Shown here: positions 24,251 through 32,866 of the stretch, in pieces
Layout of the letters: every line of letters begins with the position of its first letter
Position numbering within the stretch: position 1 is the first letter of the stretch
Sequence record: BK061477.1
Reading direction: 5' to 3' (one strand)
DNA length: 38,595 nt
From: Pseudomonas phage vB_PaeS-D14C
Notes under the pieces: generated by a model
Told to the model about the DNA's origin: nothing
The model's input: the letters and a program-made list of their open reading frames with translations, nothing else
Database searches by the model: none
Translations under genes and position numbers: made by a program

Positions 24251-24818
24251 AGAGCTTGGAATGGGTTTCCACCCTCGTCCTCCGATGGACTATAGCGGGC
24301 CGTACTTCGAGAAGTATCAGGTGCTCGATGCGACCCCGATGGGCGCCGCGCTGACCCAGGCCCGTATTGATCTGGTGCGCCGTCACTTTACCGGCCAGGT
24401 GGTAGACATCGGTATCGGCGGAGGCCGTTTCGTCACCGAGTCCGGCGCTATGGGTTTCGACGTGAACCCGGAGGCGGTGGACTGGCTTAAGGCGCAGGAG
24501 CGCTACTACGACCCGTACCAGCACCACGTAGAAGCCGTGACCTGCTGGGACAGCCTGGAGCACATTCCCGAGCCGGAGAAGCTGCTCGACCACGTTGGCG
24601 AGTGGCTGTTCGTGTCGATGCCGATCTACAAGGATCAGATCGACTGCCTGGCCTCCAAGCATTACAAGCCGGGAGAGCATTGCTGGTATTGGAGTCTCCC
24701 TGGCCTGGTTGCCTGGTGCGAGCGTCAAGGTTTCGAATGTGTCGAGCTAAACGACCAGGAGTCGAAACTTGGCCGAGAAGGCATCACCAGCTTTGCGTTC
24801 CGGAGAGTCCATGGCTGA
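24201..24818 (+). CDS. Class I SAM-dependent methyltransferase (Methyltransf_23-like), about 205 aa.
   Basis: VVDIGIGGGRF is motif I and CWDSLEHIPEPEKLLDHV is the motif II/III region. AAGGA lies 9 nt upstream of the ATG at 24201. Alternative starts are 24180 (GTG) or 24261. Confidence 0.6.
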   Translation: MTHALPPGLTDCLLWSEELGMGFHPRPPMDYSGPYFEKYQVLDATPMGAALTQARIDLVRRHFTGQVVDIGIGGGRFVTESGAMGFDVNPEAVDWLKAQERYYDPYQHHVEAVTCWDSLEHIPEPEKLLDHVGEWLFVSMPIYKDQIDCLASKHYKPGEHCWYWSLPGLVAWCERQGFECVELNDQESKLGREGITSFAFRRVHG

Positions 24819-25284
24819 CGGCGTTGAGTTCAGCATCACCGGGCTTGAAGGCGTGCTCGAGAAACTCAGAACTCTTGGCCCGCGCCTCCAAAAGAACGGC
24901 CTGAGAAAAGCAGCCCGCAGGGCGATGAACATTGTCAGGGATGCCGCACGAGAAAAGGCGCGACTTGTCGATGATCCCGAAACACCAGAGAAAATCTGGA
25001 AGAACATCATCACTCAAGAGTCCGCCAAGCAGGGGCGGCGTGAAGGGGGGGTGGTGATGAAGGTTGGAGTGCGCGGCGGCGCTGGTCGAAACCAGTACAG
25101 CAAGGATGCAAGCGGAAATCCTGGTGGCGACACCAGGCACTGGCGCTATCTGGAGTTCGGCACCAAGTACTCGCCGGCGAAGCCATTCATGCGGCCTGCT
25201 CTGTCTCAAAACATTGAGTCCGTTACTGAAAAATTCATATCCGAGCTTGATGGCGAAATAGACAAGGCTCTAAGGGGGAGGTGA
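24811..25284 (+). CDS. HK97 gp10-family tail-component protein, 157 aa.
   Basis: NIVRDAAREKA...YLEFGT...AKPFMRPAL follows the gp10 family pattern. Confidence 0.6.
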   Translation: MADGVEFSITGLEGVLEKLRTLGPRLQKNGLRKAARRAMNIVRDAAREKARLVDDPETPEKIWKNIITQESAKQGRREGGVVMKVGVRGGAGRNQYSKDASGNPGGDTRHWRYLEFGTKYSPAKPFMRPALSQNIESVTEKFISELDGEIDKALRGR

Positions 25285-25649
25285 TGCATCCGCCAATCTT
25301 TAAGGTCTGCTCAAGTAGTCCCGCTGTTACCGCGATTCTCGGTGCGTCCCCGCTGAGGATGTATCAGTTTGGCCTGGCCCCCCAGCTCGTCGTCAAGCCG
25401 TACGCAACATGGCAGACCATATCTGGATCGCCGGAGAACTACCTATGGGGGCGCCCTGACGCCGATGGGTTCACCCTCCAGGTGGACATTTTCTCAGCCA
25501 CCGCTGCGGAAGCCAGAGATGCAGCAAAGGCCATCAGGGATGCAATTGAGCTTTCAGCCTATGTAGTCCGCTGGGGAGGGGAATCTGTTGATCCTGATAC
25601 CAAGACCTACCGAGTCAGCTTTGACATCGACTGGATAGTCCAGCGATAG
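25281..25649 (+). CDS. Tail completion protein (gp17-like / DUF3168), 122 aa.
   Basis: The pattern YQ...AP......P.....ISG.P......TLQVDIFS...A resembles tail completion proteins. Confidence 0.55.
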   Translation: MMHPPIFKVCSSSPAVTAILGASPLRMYQFGLAPQLVVKPYATWQTISGSPENYLWGRPDADGFTLQVDIFSATAAEARDAAKAIRDAIELSAYVVRWGGESVDPDTKTYRVSFDIDWIVQR

Positions 25650-25666
25650 ACACCTAAACCAATCAG

Positions 25667-25690
25667 CCCGCCACCGCGCGGGTTTTTATT
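25667..25690 (+). terminator. Rho-independent terminator (cccgc caccgc gcggg tttttatt) before the major tail gene.
   Basis: Read directly. Confidence 0.55.
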
Positions 25691-25712
25691 GCCTGCTACA
25701 GGAGAAGACGTT

Positions 25713-26216
25713 ATGTCGATGCTTACCCAAGGAACTCAGGTCTATGCCCTTGTTCCGCCCCGCTCTGGATCTGGTCCTTTTACGGTGATGGAGATCGAGT
25801 GCGCAACCTCCTTCAACCCCGGAGGAAACCCGGCGGATCAGATCGAGGACCCGTGCTTGAGCGAGACCTCGCGCAAATACAAGAAGGGCATGCGTACCCC
25901 TGGTCAAGCCACTCTCGGACTGAATGCAGATCCGCGGAATGCGAGCCATGTTCGGCTCTTTCAGCTCTCAGAGGATGACAGTGACCAGGATATTGTCTTT
26001 GCTGTCGGCTGGTCAGATGGTGTCGGTGTAAGCCCGTCCGCAGACCAAGACAGCAATGGAGACTGGGACTTTGATCTTCCGCCGACGCGTACATGGTTCG
26101 TTTTCCGTGGTTACGTCAGCGACTTCCCGTTCGATTTTGCAGCCAACACCCTGGTCGCCACCCAGGCCACGATCCAGCGCTCTGGCGCAGGGCAGTGGAT
26201 TCCGAAAACCGCGTAA
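25713..26216 (+). CDS. Major tail (tail tube) protein, 167 aa.
   Basis: Its position before the G/GT chaperone pair and its size. AGGAG lies 8 nt upstream. Confidence 0.6.
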   Translation: MSMLTQGTQVYALVPPRSGSGPFTVMEIECATSFNPGGNPADQIEDPCLSETSRKYKKGMRTPGQATLGLNADPRNASHVRLFQLSEDDSDQDIVFAVGWSDGVGVSPSADQDSNGDWDFDLPPTRTWFVFRGYVSDFPFDFAANTLVATQATIQRSGAGQWIPKTA

Positions 26217-26225
26217 GGAGCAGAC

Positions 26226-26576
26226 ATGAAACTAGCCGATCTGGTGGCCGCTGGCGCGGTCCTGGGCGATGGACTGGTGAAGAAAAGCATCACCTGGACG
26301 CACACTCCGCCGGGTAAGAAAAAGGCGGTCACGGACACCTTCGATGTATTCATCAAGCGCAGCAGTTTCGGCGCCATGGAACGCCTGTTCGCCCAAGACG
26401 ACGACAAGAAGAGCCAGAATGCGCGCTACCTGGCCGAGAGCGTAAGACTGGGTGAGGGTGGTGAAGAGGAGATTCCCTACGAAACTGCGTTCAACCTCGA
26501 CCCTGCGTTGGGCTTCCTGCTCTTGCAGGCTGTCGCGGAGGTCAATGGCACTGCGCCGGGTGACGAAAAAAACTGA
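26226..26576 (+). CDS. Tail assembly chaperone (lambda gpG analogue), 116 aa.
   Basis: Acidic ~115-aa protein between the major tail and tape measure genes. It ends with a slippery heptamer. Confidence 0.7.
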   Translation: MKLADLVAAGAVLGDGLVKKSITWTHTPPGKKKAVTDTFDVFIKRSSFGAMERLFAQDDDKKSQNARYLAESVRLGEGGEEEIPYETAFNLDPALGFLLLQAVAEVNGTAPGDEKN

Positions 26577-26872
26577 CGCCCGCCGATGAGGTTTGGCATG
26601 AACTCGTGCTGAACGGCATCGGCGGTTGCACCATTCGCGAGGCGAAGGAGCGCATCGACTACGACGAGTACAGGGCGTGGGTTGCCTACCTGAAAAAGCG
26701 TGGCTCCCTCAACGGGAGCTATCGCCTGGAGTGGGTGCTGGCCCAATTGGCGGCGATCCAGGCCAAGGTTGGCGGGGTGAAGTGCGAGCCCGACGACTTC
26801 CGCCCCCATGTTCGAGCGCCGGTAGAGTCGGTGGGGATATCGCTCGAACAGGCGATGGCCGCATGGGTTTGA
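26226..26872 (+). CDS. Tail assembly chaperone G-T fusion made by a programmed -1 ribosomal frameshift (T part corresponds to track ORF 26606..26872).
   Basis: A_AAA_AAC heptamer at 26567..26573, immediately before the G stop. The track places the downstream ORF in the -1 frame, where it has no start codon of its own. Confidence 0.55.
26567..26573 (+). promoter_or_regulatory. Slippery heptamer A AAA AAC for the G/G-T -1 frameshift.
   Basis: gacgaaaaaaactga read directly. Confidence 0.55.
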
Positions 26873-26969
26873 CCTGGCAAGGATGCTGGGTTCCTGTGCT
26901 GGCGCTCCGGTTGGCCAGGATGCTGGCTCCGTGCTAGATTCCGAGCGATCACCACCGGGAGGGTTGTTA

Positions 26970-27299
26970 ATGCGTAAGATATTGGTTGCTTCAATAGTTC
27001 TAACTGCTGTTTTAAGTGGATGCGCCTCTAGTGGAAAAGAGATTACGCAGGAGCAGGTGGATAGAATTGTGCAGGGACAAACAACTCAGGATCAGTTGAT
27101 TTCGATTTTTGGCAAGCCCATGGCGGAACAATACAATTCAGATGGGAGCCGTGTACTTACCTGGGGGTATGCCTATGTTGGGTTTATGGGGGCTGGCACC
27201 GAAACCCAGGGGCTTTCGGTAATTCTTGGTCCAGATGGAAAGGTTACAGGGTATAGCAGGGCAGGTTCCTCTCCATCCCCTGCAAGATTTGGTCGGTAA
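26970..27299 (+). CDS. Lipoprotein, 109 aa, with a SmpA/OmlA (BamE)-like domain. AT-rich moron.
   Basis: Signal peptide MRKILVASIVLTAVLSGC with an LSGC lipobox. QGQTTQDQLISIFGKP is BamE-like. GGGAGG RBS. GC content is clearly lower than the flanking tail genes. Confidence 0.7.
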   Translation: MRKILVASIVLTAVLSGCASSGKEITQEQVDRIVQGQTTQDQLISIFGKPMAEQYNSDGSRVLTWGYAYVGFMGAGTETQGLSVILGPDGKVTGYSRAGSSPSPARFGR

Positions 27300-27335
27300 G
27301 CTGTTTTAGTTTCTGATTTAATCGGCAGGTAAGAT

Positions 27336-27647
27336 ATGTTTGAGGAAGTTTATAATAATTGGGTTTATATTTTGTTTTTCGGGGTTTGGTTGGCGTCAAT
27401 CTCTGCGTATCTGGCAGCATCTCGCAGAAGAAGTATAGCCCTATGGTTTGTCTTTGGTTTCTTCGCTCCGATAATCGCCATACCTCTTATATTTATTCTA
27501 GGGGAAGATAAGCAAGCATCTGAACGCTCGTCTCGTCAGGCTGCAGTGGATGTCGGTATATCGAATGGTTTTAAGAAATGCCCATATTGCGCGGAAGCCG
27601 TCAGAGAGGAGGCTAAGCTATGCCGACATTGTCGGTCTGAGATATGA
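27336..27647 (+). CDS. Two-TM inner-membrane protein with a C-terminal CxxC...CxxC zinc ribbon, 103 aa. AT-rich moron.
   Basis: TM helices WVYILFFGVWLASISAYLAA and LWFVFGFFAPIIAIPLIFIL, then CPYCAEAVREEAKLCRHC. Confidence 0.55.
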   Translation: MFEEVYNNWVYILFFGVWLASISAYLAASRRRSIALWFVFGFFAPIIAIPLIFILGEDKQASERSSRQAAVDVGISNGFKKCPYCAEAVREEAKLCRHCRSEI

Positions 27648-27748
27648 GATATGGGCATGTCTGTACTGGCATCGGCCAAACTAAAATTGGCCGAAAATCA
27701 TATTCAATGGGGATGATTATCTGAAGAAGTAGAAAATCCCTATGCAAG

Positions 27749-27770
27749 CCGCCTTCGGGCGGTTTTTTAT
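27749..27770 (+). terminator. Rho-independent terminator (ccgcc ttcg ggcgg ttttttatt) before the tape measure gene.
   Basis: Read directly. Confidence 0.6.
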
Positions 27771-27788
27771 TGTCCGGAGAAAAGCTAA

Positions 27789-30700
27789 ATGGCCTCTCGC
27801 TCCCTTGGTGTGCTGACGCTCGACCTCATTGCGCGCATTGGGGGATTCCAGCAGAACATGAGTCGAGCCGCCCAAGACACTGCGCGCAGTATGGGGCGGA
27901 TCGAGCAAAGCACGCAGCGGGCGAGCTCTACAGCAGTTAGCGCAATCAAGTCTATTGGCGTTGCGGCAACTGCTTATCTGAGCGCCCGAGAACTTGTTGG
28001 GTATTCGCAAGCCTGGGTCTCTATTGAGAACCGCATCAAGCAGGTCAGCGAAAGTCAGGCTCAGTTCAGTCAATCGATGGAGGCAGTGTATTCCGTCGCT
28101 CAGAACGCGCAGTCGTCCTTGGAGGGTACTGCGGAACTGTACCAGAGGATTGCTGCTTCGACTGGTGAGCTCGGCGTAAATCAACAGCAAGTTGTCCAGG
28201 TTACCCAGAACATCAGCAAGGCTATGTCGGCCAGTGGTGTTTCCGCTGCCACTGCGGAAGGTGCGCTGGTGCAACTCGGACAGGCCTTTGCCTCTGGCGT
28301 GCTCCGAGGCCAGGAGTTGAACTCGGTACTCGAGCAGGCTCCGGGCTTGGCCCAGGCCGTCGCAAACGGTCTCGGGGTTGCGGTTGGAGACCTTCGAAAG
28401 CTTGGCGAACAGGGCAAGCTGACCTCCAAGCAGGTCTTCGAGGCGATTCTGTCTCAAACCCGAGCTATTGATGACCAGTTTGCGCGCGCCCAGACTACCA
28501 TCGCTGGCGCGTTTCAAGTTCTGGAGAACAGCGCGACCAGGGCGATCGGCAGCCTGGATAGCACTCTCGGGGTGTCCAAGGCTTTTACGGAAGCCATGGT
28601 TTCCCTGTCGAAGTCGCTTGACTCTACGAACGTGCAGTCCTTCGTCCAGGTCCTGAATACTGGGCTGTACCTGGCGATCGGACGTACTGCTGGCGCTCTG
28701 GTAGGTGCGACGGCTGCCAAGATCGCAGACGTCAAGGTGACCCAGGAGCAGACCTATGCCGCGTCGGTTGCTGCGGCTGGAGAGGTGCGACGCGCCCAGG
28801 CGGTGAAGGCTGAGGCCGTTGCCGAGTTAGACAGAGCACGCCAGGCCGTGGCTTCTGCTCGTGCGCAGGTGGCTGCTGACCGGGAGCGACAAGCCTCCGA
28901 AATCTCTCGTTTGCGGGCGGTGCAGGCATCGCTTGTGGCTGAGCGCGAACTCGAAGGCCAGCGGCTGAAGGCCCAAATCACAGAGATTGGCCGACAGCAG
29001 TCTGTCGCTCGAATGGCCGAGTTACGGCTAGCCGAAACGGCCATCATCAAGCAGCTTCAGGCTGCGGAGGCGCAATTGACGGCCACCACCGTGGCGGGCT
29101 CGCAGGCGGTTACTGCAGCCCTTGCTCAGCGAGTGTCTGCAACCGAAGCGCTTTCTGCGGCGAACTTGCAACTTACCGCAGCTCAAACTGCCTCGACGGC
29201 CGCAATGGGCCGATGGTTCGCGGCCAGCACAGCTTTGGGGGCAGGGTTAAATGCCCTGAGAACAGCAGGCGCGGGGATTCTCAGGATTGCTGCTGGATGG
29301 CCGGGGCTGATCATCTCTCTGGGGATAGTAGCCTTGTCCTTCGTCGATTTCGGGGACAAGGCCGAGAGTAATGCTGGTCGTGCGGCCAATGCTTTCGAAG
29401 ACGCCTCCACCCGCATCCGCCAGGCCGCTCGGACGATGATTCCGGAGGATCTTTCCGGGCTCAGCTATGACCAGTTGAAGCAGCAGTTGGCGGGCCTTCA
29501 GGATCAATTGAAGGATGCCGAGGCGCTTCAGGAGCGGTTCCAGAAGGGCGTTGACGACAATACCGACATTCCGTTTGGTCCTTCTCTGGACGAGGCAAAG
29601 GAGAAAGCAGAGTCCTTGCGCCTTGCCATCCAGAAGACACAGCGAGAACTGGACGGTGCAAGGTTCGCTTCGGATAAGGCTGGCGCGAGCTATCTGGATA
29701 ATTTGCAGAAGCAGAGTGTTGTCGCTGGCAAGCTGACCGAGGTAGAGAAGCTCCGCGCCCAGATCAGCGCTGGCATCCTGAAGCTAAGTCCTGACGATGA
29801 AAATCGCGCCCTGGAATATGCCGCAGCCGTGGACAAGGCGAATGCCTCGACCAAGTCCCAGAAGGACCTGTTGAAGGACTCTGCGAAGGGGCTGAAGCAG
29901 GCTGAGGAGCGGTATCTGGACCTCAAGAAGGAGATCGACCCTACCGCGACTGCGACGGATGAGTACAGGAAGAACATCGAGGCCCTCAACACCCTGAAGG
30001 ACAGGGGAAAGGTCACGAGCCAGGAGTATGCGAAGGGAATCGAGTGGGCGGCCAAGTCGTTCAACTCCGCAGTGGACGCGGCCAATCCGTTCGTGAAGCG
30101 GCTCAGAGAGATCAAGTCCGCGATGGACGAGAGCTTGGGCAATCTCAAGCTCGAAGGGCAACGCGAAATCCTCGGGATGGGGATGAGCGATAGCCAGAGG
30201 GGGCTGTTCGACAAGCTGAACGAGGAAAATGATCGCTACGCCAAGGCCCGCAGGGATCTTGCCGACCGCTACGCAGACAGATCGGTCGGGATGAGCGACG
30301 ACGAGTACCAGCAAGAGCTCCAGGCTCAACAGAAGCACCATGAGCAAATGCTGGAGCAGTTGCAGGCAAACTACGATGCTCGACTTGAGGCTCAGGGGGA
30401 CTGGGTGTCCGGAGCCCGCTCCGCATGGGAAACCTACGTGGAGGATGCACAGAACTACTCGAAGCAGGCCTCTGACTTCGTGTCTGGCGCCCTTGGCGAT
30501 GCTACCAACGGCTTGGGTGATGCAATCACCGATATCGTCACGCGGACCAAGAGCCTTGGAGATGCGTTCGGTGACATGGCTGCGGACCTGGCTAAGTCGG
30601 TCATCAAGGCCCTGGCTGACATGGCCGCCCAGTGGCTGGTCTACCAGGCGGTGCAGTTGGTCGTAGGGAAGACGGCTCAATCGACTGCGGCAATCGGGCT

Positions 30701-31178
30701 GGTCGCCAATGCTCAGGCAACGGCGTTCCAGGCACAGCTAGCAGCGTTTGCCTCGACGGCTGCTATCCCGATTGTTGGCCCTGGCCTTGCTGCTGGTGCT
30801 GCTGCGGCTGCTGCCGCAGCTACCGCGCCAATGGTTGCTGGAGTTTCTTCGGCAGCCTTCGCGGGCATCGCGCACGGCGGCATCGACAACATCCCGAAGG
30901 AGAGTACCTGGCTGCTTGATGCTGGTGAGCGGGTGCTCAGCCCGAACCAAAACAGGGATCTGACTGATTTCCTCAGCAGGGCGGGCGGCGCGAGTGCTGG
31001 GGCTGGACAGGCGCCGTCGATCACTATCAACGCTCCGGTCACGGTTAATGCCCAGCCGGGCATGAGCCAAGAGGAAGCTCGAATGCAGGGAGAGGCTGCC
31101 GGGCTGGCCTTGCGGGAGGAGGTCCGGAGCGTCATTCGGGAAGAGATGGGGCAGAACGGTCTGCTTTGGAGACGATAA
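27789..31178 (+). CDS. Tail tape measure protein (lambda gpH-like), 1129 aa.
   Basis: Very long alpha-helical, Ala/Gln-rich protein with a C-terminal Gly/Ala-rich hydrophobic segment, in the canonical position. Confidence 0.9.
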   Translation: MASRSLGVLTLDLIARIGGFQQNMSRAAQDTARSMGRIEQSTQRASSTAVSAIKSIGVAATAYLSARELVGYSQAWVSIENRIKQVSESQAQFSQSMEAVYSVAQNAQSSLEGTAELYQRIAASTGELGVNQQQVVQVTQNISKAMSASGVSAATAEGALVQLGQAFASGVLRGQELNSVLEQAPGLAQAVANGLGVAVGDLRKLGEQGKLTSKQVFEAILSQTRAIDDQFARAQTTIAGAFQVLENSATRAIGSLDSTLGVSKAFTEAMVSLSKSLDSTNVQSFVQVLNTGLYLAIGRTAGALVGATAAKIADVKVTQEQTYAASVAAAGEVRRAQAVKAEAVAELDRARQAVASARAQVAADRERQASEISRLRAVQASLVAERELEGQRLKAQITEIGRQQSVARMAELRLAETAIIKQLQAAEAQLTATTVAGSQAVTAALAQRVSATEALSAANLQLTAAQTASTAAMGRWFAASTALGAGLNALRTAGAGILRIAAGWPGLIISLGIVALSFVDFGDKAESNAGRAANAFEDASTRIRQAARTMIPEDLSGLSYDQLKQQLAGLQDQLKDAEALQERFQKGVDDNTDIPFGPSLDEAKEKAESLRLAIQKTQRELDGARFASDKAGASYLDNLQKQSVVAGKLTEVEKLRAQISAGILKLSPDDENRALEYAAAVDKANASTKSQKDLLKDSAKGLKQAEERYLDLKKEIDPTATATDEYRKNIEALNTLKDRGKVTSQEYAKGIEWAAKSFNSAVDAANPFVKRLREIKSAMDESLGNLKLEGQREILGMGMSDSQRGLFDKLNEENDRYAKARRDLADRYADRSVGMSDDEYQQELQAQQKHHEQMLEQLQANYDARLEAQGDWVSGARSAWETYVEDAQNYSKQASDFVSGALGDATNGLGDAITDIVTRTKSLGDAFGDMAADLAKSVIKALADMAAQWLVYQAVQLVVGKTAQSTAAIGLVANAQATAFQAQLAAFASTAAIPIVGPGLAAGAAAAAAAATAPMVAGVSSAAFAGIAHGGIDNIPKESTWLLDAGERVLSPNQNRDLTDFLSRAGGASAGAGQAPSITINAPVTVNAQPGMSQEEARMQGEAAGLALREEVRSVIREEMGQNGLLWRR

Positions 31179-31526
31179 GTGGCTGAGACCTTTTCTTACT
31201 GTACGCGCCTTGGAGCTACCGGCGAGACTGCTCAACGCACCTGGCAGAACGACCTCGGGGATGGATACGTTCAGTCCGGCGGAACGGGGATCAACACCAG
31301 ATCCGAGACCTGGGATGGAATGACGATCATCGGGCGCCTGGAGGCTGGTGATGATCTCCTGGGCGCCCGCGCCTTTCTGGACCGGCACGAGGGGTACAAG
31401 TCGTTCCTATGGACGCCCCCTGGCGGCGCACAGGGTCGATACCGGTGCAATGGATACAAGCTGAGGCCGTTGGGTGGAGGGCTGTACGAACTGAGTTTCA
31501 CGTTCGTCCAAGTCTTCTACCCGTAG
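31179..31526 (+). CDS. Minor tail protein M (lambda gpM family), 115 aa.
   Basis: LGDGYVQ, KSFLWTPPGG and FTFVQV correspond to lambda gpM FGDGYSQ, KSFLWTPP and FEQV. Confidence 0.8.
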   Translation: MAETFSYCTRLGATGETAQRTWQNDLGDGYVQSGGTGINTRSETWDGMTIIGRLEAGDDLLGARAFLDRHEGYKSFLWTPPGGAQGRYRCNGYKLRPLGGGLYELSFTFVQVFYP

Positions 31527-32108
31527 CAACCAACCATGAGCGGTTATGCCGCGGGAGAGAGGAATGAACACCCAAACTACCACCAAAGGTCAGGCTATTA
31601 AAAGCCAAGCTGTAGACTCGAAAGGAAATCCAGCTTGGCTTTTACGCTCTGACGGTCAAATCGTGATTTCGGCGCAGTTCGTAAAAGATAGCGCCGTGAC
31701 CAAAGCTGTTATTCGCGGTTGATATTTGGGATATCAAGAGTGTAAGTGCTTGGTATCACTCCGTCCGGAAATACCTTTTGGAAAATCTCTAGCACGAAGT
31801 TATCTCCTACACCTTGCTGCCTGCATGCCAGTGAAGCTTTTCGGGCGATGTGTCTTTGTTGGCTGCAAGAATCTTCTGTCGAGTCAGGGTGCCTCTGATA
31901 AATTCAAGACAAAGCATAAATCTCGGAGCGAGTTGAATGAGCACTTTTGCTTGTGAGTCCAACATGAGGGAGCTCTCAATGAGCACAGGTCGGCCCATTG
32001 AGGAGCTAAAGCAGGTAGTCGTGACTGAGTTAATGGTCAAAGCCGCGATGGATTATGTGCTCGGGTTATGGGATCGGGATGTCGACATTTTCCTGCTAGA
32101 GGATGTGT

Positions 32109-32726
32109 TCAGGATAATGGCAGTTCTTCAGCCTCGGCCTCTGGATATTCCAAAATTGACGAGCGCACCTTCTCAATGAGCTTGTCGAACTTGGATAGCG
32201 ATGCCGATTTAATTTCATCTGGAACACCGCATTCCAACAGCCCAGCAATAATGCCGAGCAGGTAGTAAACCTGCATTAAGTCGAGCGCGATTTTTCTAAG
32301 TTCAAGCAACGTTAGCGTTTCTGAGTAGGGCGTTCCGTCACTGTTCCTCTTTGTTGGATGGTAGATAGGGGCCTCGTCCTTGCCCTCTGGTGATAACCCC
32401 CAGGCCCAATGGACGATCTTGTTTCTCTGCGCCGTCATCTTCTTGAATGTGGACAGAGCGACATTCAGCCTTTCCGGTATGTCGATCGGTAACGGCGATG
32501 TTTCGAGAAGCTTTGTGACCGTTGCTGCTAATGAGGTCGAGCGGAGCCTTAATGATTCTACGACGACCGACTGGGTATCCGCTCTTAGTCCGCTTAGAAA
32601 ACCGAATATCCGCATGAGCGGTTCATCGCACAGGCTGTGATTGACCACGATCTGCCCGATTTCTGCCCGCATGGCAGAGTTTGGGCCCGCGTCGTATCTA
32701 TAGTTTGTGGTTCTTGGGTCTTCCAT
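32109..32726 (-). CDS. Hypothetical 205-aa protein on the reverse strand inside the tail cluster. AT-rich moron.
   Basis: GAGGAGG Shine-Dalgarno motif 8 nt upstream of the ATG (MEDPRTTNYRY...). Track ORF 32109..32789. No family recognised. Confidence 0.55.
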   Translation of the reverse strand: MEDPRTTNYRYDAGPNSAMRAEIGQIVVNHSLCDEPLMRIFGFLSGLRADTQSVVVESLRLRSTSLAATVTKLLETSPLPIDIPERLNVALSTFKKMTAQRNKIVHWAWGLSPEGKDEAPIYHPTKRNSDGTPYSETLTLLELRKIALDLMQVYYLLGIIAGLLECGVPDEIKSASLSKFDKLIEKVRSSILEYPEAEAEELPLS

Positions 32727-32827
32727 TCCGCTTGCCTCCTCGGCCCCTGGTCTCATCCAAGCACGGGAAGCTACCGCCAGAGCAAACATGCTGCCACTGG
32801 CATTTCATCCACGCTGTACAACCTTCC

Positions 32828-32851
32828 AGCCCGCCTCGCGCGGGCTTTTTC
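32828..32851 (+). terminator. Rho-independent terminator-like hairpin (agcccgc ctcgc gcgggct ttttcat) just upstream of gpL.
   Basis: Read directly. Confidence 0.45.
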
Positions 32852-32866
32852 ATATCTGGAGAACGC

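Noticed and set aside
26626-26937. 103-aa ORF in frame 1 overlapping the G-T extension
   Set aside because: Gly/Arg/Pro-rich artefact; the -1 frame continuation of G explains this DNA.
29784-30680. 298-aa minus-strand ORF, plus others such as 28754..29050 and 30738..31388
   Set aside because: Inside the tape measure gene; antisense artefacts.
31726-32179. Small ORFs (76-80 aa, both strands) in the AT-rich stretch upstream of the reverse-strand gene
   Set aside because: No RBS, mutually overlapping, AT-rich low-complexity translations. The region is kept as unexplained non-coding DNA.
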